Below, piece after piece: positions 36,836-46,245 of a DNA stretch of 64,000 nt (positions within the stretch are counted from its first letter, which is position 1; every line of letters starts with the position of its first letter). The position numbers were made by a program, and so were the translations under genes. A model generated the notes under the pieces. That model worked only from the letters and a program-made list of their open reading frames with translations. It did no database searches and had not been told where the DNA came from. This DNA comes from an uncultured Candidatus Saccharibacteria bacterium (GTDB lineage: Bacteria; Patescibacteriota; WWE3; CAZQFB01): assembly GCA_964592525.1 (NCBI GenBank), contig CAZQFB010000003.1:19043-83042 (forward strand). Direction: 5' to 3'.

Positions 36836-36868
36836 GAGCAGTGAGGGGTATCTACCCCTCACTGCTCC
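36836..36868. terminator. perfect 15-bp inverted repeat (bidirectional terminator candidate between convergent genes)
   Basis: GAGCAGTGAGGGGTA tc TACCCCTCACTGCTC. Confidence 0.5.
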
Positions 36869-36877
36869 TTGTTATAG

Positions 36878-37711
36878 CTAGAGGGACTGGTAATACCTTT
36901 GTGCCTGTCGGGCACTTATTTCAATATCGGGTGTTTCCACACTAACCCAACCAGATACATGCCTATCTTTCAGAGCTTTGAGTAGTTCTTGCCATTTAAA
37001 AGTGTGCTCTTTTGCTAAAGTTTGGTGTTTTAGCTCACCTTTGTCCCCAAAGAGCATGCCACCAAAATGAAGATGCATTTGCTTTAGTTTGTCCTTCCCT
37101 AAGTGCTTACTAATCGTTTGAAGAGACTGTTTAAATAAATCATAACCATTTTGTCGACCCCCAGTCCGAGCATAATAGTGAGTAAAGTCTATGCATACGG
37201 AGGTATTACTACCAAGCTCCTTGGCCACAGCACACAACTGATTCAGATCACCAAATTGACTGGGTTTACCCGTAAGTTCGGGAGCAAGTTGTACGTTTTC
37301 TAACACCTTATCATCAAGCCGAGTTAATACTTCCTGCAAACCTTTTACGACCACAGTAGTGACCTCATCCACACTATCATCATGCATATAAGCAGCATGG
37401 AAGGTGACACTTTTAGCTCCTAACTCATAAGCTTTTGTTAAAGAGGCAATTAGATATTGTTTGCTTTTTTCTATTTTCTCTTGTTCTTTAGAATTAAAAT
37501 TGATCCAATATGGACCATGAACTGTCAAACTCAAATTTAGCTCTTGGGCCTTAGCTCTGACCTTATTTGTTAATTCAGGATTCATCCTGACTCCCTGGAC
37601 AAATTGTATTTCTATACCATCAAGCCCATACTCGGACACTCTTGACAACCCGGCAAGGATATTCGGTGGCTGACTGGATCTTGGTATACCGGGTGAATGA
37701 AACCTTAGCAT
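36878..37711 (-). CDS. AP endonuclease family 2 / xylose-isomerase-like TIM-barrel protein (endonuclease IV-like)
   Basis: Pattern parallels Nfo: LTVHGPYWINFNS, SVCIDFTHYYA, MHLHFGG, WVSVETP (metal-ligand His/Glu/Asp positions of the TIM barrel). Confidence 0.55.
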   Translation of the reverse strand: MLRFHSPGIPRSSQPPNILAGLSRVSEYGLDGIEIQFVQGVRMNPELTNKVRAKAQELNLSLTVHGPYWINFNSKEQEKIEKSKQYLIASLTKAYELGAKSVTFHAAYMHDDSVDEVTTVVVKGLQEVLTRLDDKVLENVQLAPELTGKPSQFGDLNQLCAVAKELGSNTSVCIDFTHYYARTGGRQNGYDLFKQSLQTISKHLGKDKLKQMHLHFGGMLFGDKGELKHQTLAKEHTFKWQELLKALKDRHVSGWVSVETPDIEISARQAQRYYQSL

Positions 37712-37766
37712 ATTAATATTTTAACAAAGAGCTGTCCTTCACTATATTAGTATGTTTTGATATGAT

Positions 37767-38828
37767 ATGCAGGACATGAAGAGCAAACGATTCTTTTCAG
37801 TAAGAAGGGTACTAATCTTAATTGTTGCAGGACTTATTGTTTTATGGATAACCAGCAGAAGTCAAGAAACTGTATTAGTAGAGGTCATAAACCCAGAGCA
37901 GCAAAGTCTGGCTATTACCCTCTCTGTATCAGGTGAGGTAGCTGCTAATCATAGTGCCGATATGGGCTTTAATACTACAGGTAAGTTAATTGCTCTTTCG
38001 GTAGCAGAAGGCGAAGCGGTACGTGCAGGTCAAGTATTAGCAGCAGTTGATAGCAGGCAAGCTTCCGAGAGCTTAAATAACGCTGTTATTGCCCGCAATA
38101 AGGCGATAGCGGTTGCCGATGAAATAACTGAAACCTATGGAGAGGATATAACCTGGGGAATTGGGTTTTATAAACTAAGACAAGCTCAACAAGCCATTGA
38201 GCAAGCCGAAACCCAGATCGCTGTTTACCAATCTCAATTGGGTTATACCCAAGTGACTTCACCATTTGATGGCATTGTGCTTGACACTAATAAACAACCT
38301 GGAGAAATTATTAAAATCACCGATACGCAACCCGTAGTGAAAATTGTTGATCTAGCTTCTCTTTATTTTACAGCCCAGGTTGACGAAGAAGATATTGGAC
38401 TAATACAGAAAGGTCAAAAAGTAAATATAACTTTAGATGCTTACGAAGATAAAGGGTACCCTGGATCGGTAGCCCTCATCAAAAGATTTACCACGACAGA
38501 TCCTACCGGAAGTAAGGTTATTGAAGTGGAAATTAGTTTTGATGACCGTTCAAATATGCCAGATATTATAGGTTTAAGTGGTGATGCTGAAATAATGCTG
38601 GAGAATATCCCCACATCACTTACCATTCCCTTAGAGTCAGTTCAATATGACAATGGGCATCCTTACGTTTATTTGGTGGTTAAAAATACTGTACACCAAC
38701 AAAATGTTGAGCTTGGTAAGGATAACGATGAGCTGGTTCAAATTATTCAAGGTTTAGAACCCGATGACATAATAGTTTTTGATTCCAACGCACCTCTTGA
38801 GGAAGGCACCAGCATAAAAATAAGGTGA
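37767..38828 (+). CDS. efflux-transporter periplasmic adaptor subunit (HlyD/MacA family)
   Basis: N-terminal TM, coiled-coil hairpin region, beta-barrel/lipoyl-like segments. Operon with ABC ATPase and FtsX permease. Confidence 0.65.
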   Translation: MQDMKSKRFFSVRRVLILIVAGLIVLWITSRSQETVLVEVINPEQQSLAITLSVSGEVAANHSADMGFNTTGKLIALSVAEGEAVRAGQVLAAVDSRQASESLNNAVIARNKAIAVADEITETYGEDITWGIGFYKLRQAQQAIEQAETQIAVYQSQLGYTQVTSPFDGIVLDTNKQPGEIIKITDTQPVVKIVDLASLYFTAQVDEEDIGLIQKGQKVNITLDAYEDKGYPGSVALIKRFTTTDPTGSKVIEVEISFDDRSNMPDIIGLSGDAEIMLENIPTSLTIPLESVQYDNGHPYVYLVVKNTVHQQNVELGKDNDELVQIIQGLEPDDIIVFDSNAPLEEGTSIKIR

Positions 38829-38834
38829 CCTTGC

Positions 38835-39503
38835 ATGTTTATCTATACCAAAGATCTTACCAAAACCTATATTCTTAGTGATACCGTTAAAGTTGAAGCT
38901 CTTAAAGGTGTTTCCATTTCAATTGAAGAGCGTGAGTTTGTAGCGATCATGGGTGCTTCGGGAAGTGGAAAATCAACTTTACTGAATCTGATTGGTTGCC
39001 TAGACACACCAACTTCAGGATCCTATCTTTTGGATAAATTAAATATTGATATGGACGCTAACTTAGCTAGAATCAGACGAGAGAAGATTGGCTTTATTTT
39101 TCAATCATTTAATCTCATTCCGCAATTAACCGCCCTGCAAAATGTGGAAGTACCGATGATCTATGCTGGTTTAAATCCCAATGACCGGCGTGATATCGCC
39201 CTTCAGCTTCTTACTGATGTCGGTTTAGCTGACAGATCACAACACCACCCAAATGAATTATCTGGGGGTCAAAAACAACGGGTCGCGATTGCCAGAGCTT
39301 TAGCTAACAATCCGCAACTAATTATTGCTGATGAACCGACCGGTAACCTAGACAGTGTCACCGCCGATGCCATTATTAATCTGTTAGCTAAGCTTAATGA
39401 GGATGGTAAAACGATTGTCATGGTCACCCATGAAGAAGATATTGGTCAACACGCCCATAGAATTATTAGATTGCACGATGGAGAGGTAGTAAACACAAAC
39501 TAA
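38835..39503 (+). CDS. ABC transporter ATP-binding protein (MacB/LolD-type)
   Basis: Walker [10 protein letters not shown]. Signature [15 protein letters not shown]. Walker [13 protein letters not shown]-loop. Confidence 0.85.
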   Translation: MFIYTKDLTKTYILSDTVKVEALKGVSISIEEREFVAIMGASGSGKSTLLNLIGCLDTPTSGSYLLDKLNIDMDANLARIRREKIGFIFQSFNLIPQLTALQNVEVPMIYAGLNPNDRRDIALQLLTDVGLADRSQHHPNELSGGQKQRVAIARALANNPQLIIADEPTGNLDSVTADAIINLLAKLNEDGKTIVMVTHEEDIGQHAHRIIRLHDGEVVNTN

Positions 39504-40708
39504 TGGAAATGTATTGGGAAAATGTCCTTATTGCCTTTAGATCACTCAAAGCGAACAAGGTTAGATCTTTTCTGACGGTTTTAGGTACTACTATTGGTGT
39601 GTTTGCGGTGATCATGATTATTGCCATTGTCACTGGTTTAAAAGATGATATTAGATCACAAATTGTTAGTTTAGGTGCGGATGTATTGGATATTATCCCT
39701 GCTGATGCAAATCAATATGGTCCAGGTTCGGAGCAAATGTTTGCTACTTTTAAGCGCAGTGAGGTTGAAGAAATGAAGGACAGGAAAGATCTCTATCGCT
39801 ACTTTAGTGAAATGTATACCGTTAGTGGTAATTTTAACTATAAAGATGAAGAAAAGTCTGGTTTTGTTGTTGGGGTAACCCCAGAGTACTTCACCATGGG
39901 TGATCGACAAGCAATTGCCGGTGAATTATTTGCTAAAAAAGAAGAAAAAGCAGCTAAAAAAACGGCAGTGTTAGGTGTTAAAGCGGCCGAAGATTTGTTT
40001 GGTTCACCCGCAAGAAGTATTGGTAAAGAGTTTAAGATCAATGGTAACGATTTCAAGATCATGGGCGTATTAGAAGCCCAAGATATTAAGTTTGGTAGTT
40101 TTGATATTGATGATGCTGTGTATGTGCCTGCTACCACCGCTTATAAGTCTTTAGAGAATAGTCGGTTGCAGGAGGTGTTGCTTACTGTGCCAGATGAATC
40201 TCGCTTGGATTATTACCAGCTTGAATGGGAGAAGGAATTAAAGCAGATAAGAGGGGATGACGATTTTACGGTAATGGCACAAGAAGATCTGCTGGATATG
40301 GTCGATAGGATCATGAGCATGATCACTACCGCTCTAGGAGGTATTGCTTCAATCTCACTACTAGTTGGGGGCATCGGTATTATGAACATCATGTTGGTCT
40401 CGGTAACAGAAAGAACCAGGGAGATTGGGATTAGAAAAGCCGTTGGGGCTGAAGATAAACATATTCTGACCCAATTCTTGATAGAATCAATTACCCTTTC
40501 AATTCTAGGCGGAGTTATTGGCTTAATCTTAGTATTTATTGTTTCCCTCCCGCTACAAAAGTTTTTTAGCATTAGTTCACTGGTTACCGTACCTGTGATT
40601 TTAGGAGCTATTGGTTTTTCTGTGTTTGTGGGAGTAGTGTTTGGTACAGCCCCTGCCTATAAAGCAGCTAAAAAAGACCCGATTGAGGCTTTAAGTTACA
40701 ACCAGTAA
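39503..40708 (+). CDS. ABC transporter permease, FtsX/MacB family
   Basis: N-terminal TM, large periplasmic MacB_PCD-like domain, C-terminal FtsX 3-TM bundle (GGIGIMNIMLVSVTERTREIGIRKAVGA). Confidence 0.8.
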   Translation: MEMYWENVLIAFRSLKANKVRSFLTVLGTTIGVFAVIMIIAIVTGLKDDIRSQIVSLGADVLDIIPADANQYGPGSEQMFATFKRSEVEEMKDRKDLYRYFSEMYTVSGNFNYKDEEKSGFVVGVTPEYFTMGDRQAIAGELFAKKEEKAAKKTAVLGVKAAEDLFGSPARSIGKEFKINGNDFKIMGVLEAQDIKFGSFDIDDAVYVPATTAYKSLENSRLQEVLLTVPDESRLDYYQLEWEKELKQIRGDDDFTVMAQEDLLDMVDRIMSMITTALGGIASISLLVGGIGIMNIMLVSVTERTREIGIRKAVGAEDKHILTQFLIESITLSILGGVIGLILVFIVSLPLQKFFSISSLVTVPVILGAIGFSVFVGVVFGTAPAYKAAKKDPIEALSYNQ

Positions 40709-40835
40709 TCCTATGGGATATTAGGTACGAGATGACTTGGTGACACTTATAACTCATTAGGATTAATGATGTGTGTCTGCTCTTATAACAACTGCACTTT
40801 TTACCGCTCACTTCTCAATGTGCTAGGATTAAACT

Positions 40836-42221
40836 ATGAAGCCCTTACCAGTTAAAGACTTACCGAAAGCCTTACCCCTAAAAAGGTTAATTGGACCATC
40901 TTTTATTTTACTGGGTTTGGGTTTGGGAAGCGGCGAAGTCATACTGTGGCCGTATTTAACCTCTAATTATGGTTTAGGTATCATTTGGGGCGCTCTGCTT
41001 GGCTTGACCTTTCAATTTTTTATGAATATGGAAATTGAACGCTATGCCTTAATTAACGGCGAAAGTATCTTTGTTGGTTTTGCCCGTAAATGCCGATTAC
41101 TTCCCTGGTGGTTTATTATCTCAACCTTTATCCCTTGGCTCTGGCCCGGTATAGCAGTTTCTTCTGCTACACTTTTAGGAAGTGCGTTTGGCTATCAAAA
41201 TTACTCTATTTTAGCGATTATCTTGATCTTAATTATGGGTCTTATACTCACTTTAGGTCCAGTCTTATATAAAACATTAGAAAACTTTCAAAAAATGGTT
41301 ATTTTTGTTGGTGTACCAACCATTCTTGTTTTAAGTATCTTTTTAGCTGATAAAAGTGATTATTTGAGTCTGCTTAAAGGAAGTCTGGGAGTCGGCGAGG
41401 GATATCTGTGGTTACCAATTGGTATCCCTTTGGCTTCGTTCTTGGCTGCTTTAGCTTATTCTGGAGCGGGAGGCAATTTAAATCTAGCACAATCTTTCTA
41501 CATTCGTGAAAAAGGTTACGGTATGGGCAAATATGCTGGTAAAATCACTGGTTTGTTAACCGGTAAGTCAGAAAACCTAATTCTCACCGGTAATACCTTT
41601 AAGCTTATAAAAGCCAATCTTCGTGAATTTCAGCAATGGTGGCGTAATATTAATATTGAGCATTTTCTGATTTTTTGGCTTACGGGTTCTGTGACCATTC
41701 TTCTTTTAGGTTTGCTTTCCTATGTCACTACTTATGGTATGCCCGGCAATCAAGAAGGTATTACCTTTGTCATCAGAGAGGCAGAGCAGATTGGCAGAAT
41801 GACGTTACCAATATTTGGTATTGCCTTTTTGTTAGTTACCGGCCTCACTCTGTTTGGAACACAAATGACTGTTTATGATGCCACCAGCCGCATATTAACC
41901 GAAAACATTCTACTAGCCTATCCTAATATTAACCGGGGTCACTCAATCCGCAAACTTTATTATGGAGTTCTGTGGTGGCAATTATTGGCAGCCATTATGG
42001 TTATATTACTGGGTTTTAACCAACCCCTACAATTATTAATACTAGCAGCAGTACTTAATGCCGTAGCCATGTTTATTCATATTGGTTTGACAGTGTGGGT
42101 TAATAAAACTCTCTTACATCAGACACTCCAACCCAACCAATTTAGGCTGATTATGATGCTTCTAGCCTTTATATTTTACGGTAGCTTTAGCCTATATACA
42201 ATTTATAATTATTTAACTTAA
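40836..42221 (+). CDS. NRAMP-like divalent metal transporter (divergent)
   Basis: 461 aa, 11-12 TM. N-terminal GPSFILLGLGLGSGEVILWPYLTSNYGLGIIWGALL resembles the NRAMP TM1 region but has SGE in place of DPGN. Weak. Confidence 0.35.
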   Translation: MKPLPVKDLPKALPLKRLIGPSFILLGLGLGSGEVILWPYLTSNYGLGIIWGALLGLTFQFFMNMEIERYALINGESIFVGFARKCRLLPWWFIISTFIPWLWPGIAVSSATLLGSAFGYQNYSILAIILILIMGLILTLGPVLYKTLENFQKMVIFVGVPTILVLSIFLADKSDYLSLLKGSLGVGEGYLWLPIGIPLASFLAALAYSGAGGNLNLAQSFYIREKGYGMGKYAGKITGLLTGKSENLILTGNTFKLIKANLREFQQWWRNINIEHFLIFWLTGSVTILLLGLLSYVTTYGMPGNQEGITFVIREAEQIGRMTLPIFGIAFLLVTGLTLFGTQMTVYDATSRILTENILLAYPNINRGHSIRKLYYGVLWWQLLAAIMVILLGFNQPLQLLILAAVLNAVAMFIHIGLTVWVNKTLLHQTLQPNQFRLIMMLLAFIFYGSFSLYTIYNYLT

Positions 42222-42254
42222 ACACAAAACCTGCTAAGCCAGCAGGTTTTGTGT
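42222..42254. terminator. perfect 14-bp hairpin between convergent genes (bidirectional terminator candidate)
   Basis: ACACAAAACCTGCT aagcc AGCAGGTTTTGTGT. Confidence 0.5.
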
Positions 42255-42271
42255 GTAATTAAATAAGCTGC

Positions 42272-42487
42272 TTATTTTTTATTGTTGAAGTTTATTAGCT
42301 CATACACAGCAGCTAAGCCAACTAAAACATAAACAATTAAATTAAGAGGCGCAAATGCCCCAAACAGCATATTCACCAAATCGTACCCAAAAGCATATAA
42401 ACCCCAGTTAAGACCTCCAATGATAAGTAAAACCAGTGAAACTTTGTCTAATTGAGTTTTGTTCATCTGATACTCACCACCTTTCAA
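42272..42487 (-). CDS. DUF378-family small membrane protein
   Basis: VLLIIGGLNWGLYAFGYDLVNMLFGAFAPLNLIVYVLVGLAAVYEL matches the DUF378 pattern (GGLNWGL...FDLV..LFG......IVY.LVGLAAL). Confidence 0.6.
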   Translation of the reverse strand: MKGGEYQMNKTQLDKVSLVLLIIGGLNWGLYAFGYDLVNMLFGAFAPLNLIVYVLVGLAAVYELINFNNKK

Positions 42488-42528
42488 TGAAGATATACTT
42501 TATTTTACACCAAAACCAGCTAGCAGCA

Positions 42529-43989
42529 CTACTTTATCCACAGACGGACATCAGCTACGCGTGGTATTTCTTGGTACTCATTTTTCTTTATATAGGAGTC
42601 AAAGGCGTGATTGAGTTTAGGATCCTTAATCGCGTCGCGATCTAAATCAACAATTAAATCTGGTGGCTGTTTATTTAAATAGGTCTCTAAATCTGCATCT
42701 GTAAGGTGTTCTTGTAACTGAAATAAGGTTAGATACCGACCACTGGGTAAAACCCCAGATTGAGCATATAGTTGTGGTAAATCACCAATAATCAATATTT
42801 GTTGGTTTGGTAGTACACTATGCTTAAGATAATTACCTAATTGTTCGATTCGCCACATACGCTGGTCAAAATATTGCTGGTAAGTTTCCACACTTATTTG
42901 CTTACTTTGGAATTGCATAAAATTATGATAATAAGACCACACCGGAACAGCGCTGAAATTGTAGAGGTTAAATACGTAAATAAAGAATAAGGTAAAGATT
43001 ATTGATACTACCTTATCTTTCGTAAGACTAAAGAGCACGGCTAGGGTGAGGGCTAAGGAAGGGGCGACTTGAACTAAATAATGAGGGTAAGAACGATTGG
43101 ATAAAGTGACCGCAAAGAGGGTGGCGAGAAGCCAGATTAATGCTACCAGGGTTAGCTGACTAAGCCTCCTTTTTAGAAGTATTAACGCTAATAAAAACAA
43201 TGCCCAAATTATTATTTTGGGTAACCAACTTAAAGATAGACTACCCCAGACTAGGGGAGGTGAAAAGACCTCAATATACCCCTGGTTATAAATTAAAGTA
43301 CTGTAAACAAAAGCGCCTAAAGCCTGCTTGCTTAAGAAATACATAATCGTTACCAGCCAGGGCAGCAATAACCCAGTGATACTAACCATTAATTCGCTTA
43401 CTAAATAAGTCATGTTAGCGGGGGGTCTTAACACTAAAATGATCAAGAGCAAAGTGAAAAAATCAAACAGGGCAACAGCTTTAATTAGCGTGGCAAGACC
43501 ACATAGTAACCCTGCGCCAAAAAGCCATCGGTAGGCACTTGCTGGGCTTTTATTTAAATAGCACCACCCCAAGTAAAAAGCACCAATGACAAAAGGTGAC
43601 ATTAATATTTCTGCATTGGTAATGTTACCTTCCCACACTGGCGTAGCAGTAAGTAATACCAACAGCAAGGTAGCTAAAAAAGCAATGTTGTTTCGCCCAC
43701 CTATTTTCTTAGTTAAATGGAAAAAGAGAAACACACTCACAAACTGACTAACTAAAGCTATTAAACGAAAGACCCATAATGAGGGAGAAAGTAACGCTAG
43801 CCAGTATATACCAGGTGGCTTGTTATCAAATATGTCTTGGTATAATAACCAACCGTGGCGTAGACATCGACCAATCGTCAGATACATAGCTTCATCTAAA
43901 TACCAATAAGGCTCAAACAAAGAGGGCAGCCTTAATAGCACTAGCAAGATTAAAATTAGTATTAAAGACCGGGGGAAATAGGTTTTCAT
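42529..43989 (-). CDS. GT-C membrane glycosyltransferase (family 39/83, ArnT/PMT-like)
   Basis: 486 aa polytopic. YWYLDEAMY (DE motif in first extracytoplasmic loop) typical of ArnT/PMT_2-type glycosyltransferases. C-terminal soluble domain. Confidence 0.55.
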   Translation of the reverse strand: MKTYFPRSLILILILLVLLRLPSLFEPYWYLDEAMYLTIGRCLRHGWLLYQDIFDNKPPGIYWLALLSPSLWVFRLIALVSQFVSVFLFFHLTKKIGGRNNIAFLATLLLVLLTATPVWEGNITNAEILMSPFVIGAFYLGWCYLNKSPASAYRWLFGAGLLCGLATLIKAVALFDFFTLLLIILVLRPPANMTYLVSELMVSITGLLLPWLVTIMYFLSKQALGAFVYSTLIYNQGYIEVFSPPLVWGSLSLSWLPKIIIWALFLLALILLKRRLSQLTLVALIWLLATLFAVTLSNRSYPHYLVQVAPSLALTLAVLFSLTKDKVVSIIFTLFFIYVFNLYNFSAVPVWSYYHNFMQFQSKQISVETYQQYFDQRMWRIEQLGNYLKHSVLPNQQILIIGDLPQLYAQSGVLPSGRYLTLFQLQEHLTDADLETYLNKQPPDLIVDLDRDAIKDPKLNHAFDSYIKKNEYQEIPRVADVRLWIK

Positions 43990-46196
43990 TATCCCTCAAC
44001 TTTATGCCATCCAAACATACGTCGCAAAGCAGATAAGACTTGACCAGTGTAGGATGGTTTATTGGGGGATTGTAATCTAAACTGATAGGCCTTTTCAATG
44101 ACTGGTAAGGATAATGAAAATCGCTGCGCAGTACTGATTGTCCATTCTCCTTCTCCGGTGTGATCTACCTCACTACTAATGCCTTTTAAATCAACTCCAA
44201 ACTCAAGGTAGGCTTTACCTAGCCAGGAAATTAGGGCTGAATCAATAATACTACCCTCATCATAAATCTGCGCAATACGGGCTAAGGGTAATGAGTACTC
44301 ACCTTGATGCAAGAGGGTAAAGCCTTCCGCAATCGCTTGCATCATACCGTATTCAATGCCATTGTGGACCATTTTAACAAAATGACCAGCACCAGAAGCA
44401 CCCATATAGCCATAACTATTATTCGTGGACAAGTTTTTAAAAAGAGCTTCATATCTCTCAAAAACCTGACGATCTCCACCAATCATCAACGAAGCGCCTT
44501 TAAGAGTACTTTCTGGCCCACCATTAACCCCGCAATCTAAAAAATTAATACCATGGTGTTTAAATTCTTGGTATCGTCTGACTGACTCTTGGTAATAAGA
44601 ATTACCCCCATCTATGACCGTGTCTCCTGGCTCAAGTAAAGGTAGTAATTCGGCAATTTTTTTATCAACCTGCTGATAAGGTAACATCAACCAAATTATC
44701 CGTGGTGTTTTAAGTTGTCTGACTAGCTCATCAGTAGCAAAGACGGGTGTAATTGTATTGGCTAGTGCTTCTACCTTTTCCGTTACCTTATCAGTTCCGA
44801 TTACTTCCCACTGAAAACTTGCCAACCTCTTAGCGATACCACTGCCCATCTTGCCTAAACCGATTAAACCCAATTGTGGTTTAGTATGAGGTGTTGCTTG
44901 TTTACCCGCTAAGATATTACGAGTGGCTTCTTTATAAAGCTCCACTTGTGGCTGATTGAAGGCATTAATATTCAACAACTTAGCTAAGTAGGTAATTTCA
45001 ATCATTTTAAACTGTAAAAACGAACCCAGCTCGGCTTCCGTTAGCTGTTCCAGTTCAAGTTCCATAAAAGGCAGCCCTAGTTGTTGGTAACTTTGCACGG
45101 TACCTTTTTGTATAGCCAAACTAATTTGATTAACATTTAAGCCAGAAACCTCCGGTAATACTTTGGCAAAAGAAAATTTAGTCGCAACTACAGGACCGGG
45201 TAGAGGATTATTAATGGTAATAAAGGTGGTTATTTTATCCCTGGGTCCAGCCATATTTAACTGCAACATACTATGTAAATCGATTGATCCGATAGATACC
45301 GTTGGGGTGATGCCAACATTGACTAGATCATTATGGTCATTAACTAATTTACCCAAACTCTCGGCCATAAGCTGGCGGTACCATTTACCTAAGGATTCTA
45401 GTTCGGGGGCAAAATAAAAGTGATCACTGATATTATTACCCTGAAGATAGAGATGATACTGAATACAGGCTGATAATAAGGCTGGGTTTTCCAAAGCACC
45501 TTGTTTTAAACAGGAAGGCGTAATTTCAGAAGCTCCCTTAATCAAAGAGTCAATGTCTATCACAAAACTTAACGGTACTAAACCCGCGGCTGAAAACACA
45601 CAAAAGCGCCCGACTATTTTATCTGGTATAGCCATAAAAGGTAATTGTTTTTGCTGTGCATACTCAAACAACGGGGAACCAGCTTGAGAAATAATAAGCA
45701 CCCTTTGAGCAAAAAGTGGGAATTGCTGGCTAATAACATCAAGGTTAATAAGTGTTTCTGTGGTGGTACCAGACTTGCTAATAACAATAAAGAGCACTTT
45801 TTCGGGAGCAGATACTTCCTGATTTAAAAATTGATTTAAAGAGTTAAGCAAAGAGCTGTTAGTAGTATCAGCAAAGATAATTTTGGGGTATTTATTGGGG
45901 TTAAGATGTTCATAATAACCTTGCAGGGCATCATAGATGGCTTTGGCTCCTAGGTTAGAACCCCCAATACCAATCAGCACTAGGTAACTAAGTCCCTCAT
46001 GACTATATTGTTGTCTGATCGCTTTAACTTGATTTAATAAATTTTGATCAAAGGGGAGCTTAATAAAACTGGTAAAGCCTTCATCAGCCGACGAGGTATT
46101 TAGCTTGTTAATATAATCAGTTAAAGAATCAGCTAATTTAGTTAGTTCGGTGGTCGCAATGCCATGGGTTTGGGCAGTAGCTTTTAGCTTCAGCAT
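43989..46196 (-). CDS. fusion protein: glucose-6-phosphate isomerase (N) :: 6-phosphogluconate dehydrogenase-like (C)
   Basis: N-terminal PGI motifs (LIGIGGSNLG, VISKSGTTTET, GRFCVFSAAGL, LMAESLGK, NQPQVELYK). From about residue 440, Gnd-like motifs (LGLIGLGKMGSGIAKRL, GAGHFVKMVHNGIEYGMMQAIAEGF, GEWT, ALRRMFGWH). One continuous 735-aa frame. Confidence 0.7.
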   Translation of the reverse strand: MLKLKATAQTHGIATTELTKLADSLTDYINKLNTSSADEGFTSFIKLPFDQNLLNQVKAIRQQYSHEGLSYLVLIGIGGSNLGAKAIYDALQGYYEHLNPNKYPKIIFADTTNSSLLNSLNQFLNQEVSAPEKVLFIVISKSGTTTETLINLDVISQQFPLFAQRVLIISQAGSPLFEYAQQKQLPFMAIPDKIVGRFCVFSAAGLVPLSFVIDIDSLIKGASEITPSCLKQGALENPALLSACIQYHLYLQGNNISDHFYFAPELESLGKWYRQLMAESLGKLVNDHNDLVNVGITPTVSIGSIDLHSMLQLNMAGPRDKITTFITINNPLPGPVVATKFSFAKVLPEVSGLNVNQISLAIQKGTVQSYQQLGLPFMELELEQLTEAELGSFLQFKMIEITYLAKLLNINAFNQPQVELYKEATRNILAGKQATPHTKPQLGLIGLGKMGSGIAKRLASFQWEVIGTDKVTEKVEALANTITPVFATDELVRQLKTPRIIWLMLPYQQVDKKIAELLPLLEPGDTVIDGGNSYYQESVRRYQEFKHHGINFLDCGVNGGPESTLKGASLMIGGDRQVFERYEALFKNLSTNNSYGYMGASGAGHFVKMVHNGIEYGMMQAIAEGFTLLHQGEYSLPLARIAQIYDEGSIIDSALISWLGKAYLEFGVDLKGISSEVDHTGEGEWTISTAQRFSLSLPVIEKAYQFRLQSPNKPSYTGQVLSALRRMFGWHKVEG

Positions 46197-46245
46197 AGTG
46201 CAAGGTCTATACTCAAAGCATACACTGGCAACGTAGCTAGGGCAA

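Noticed and set aside
39671-40572. Three minus-strand ORFs inside the FtsX permease gene
   Set aside because: They are antisense to a strongly supported ABC permease CDS.
40709-40835. Possible yybP-ykoY (Mn) riboswitch upstream of the NRAMP-like gene
   Set aside because: No recognisable conserved core. The transporter assignment is itself weak.
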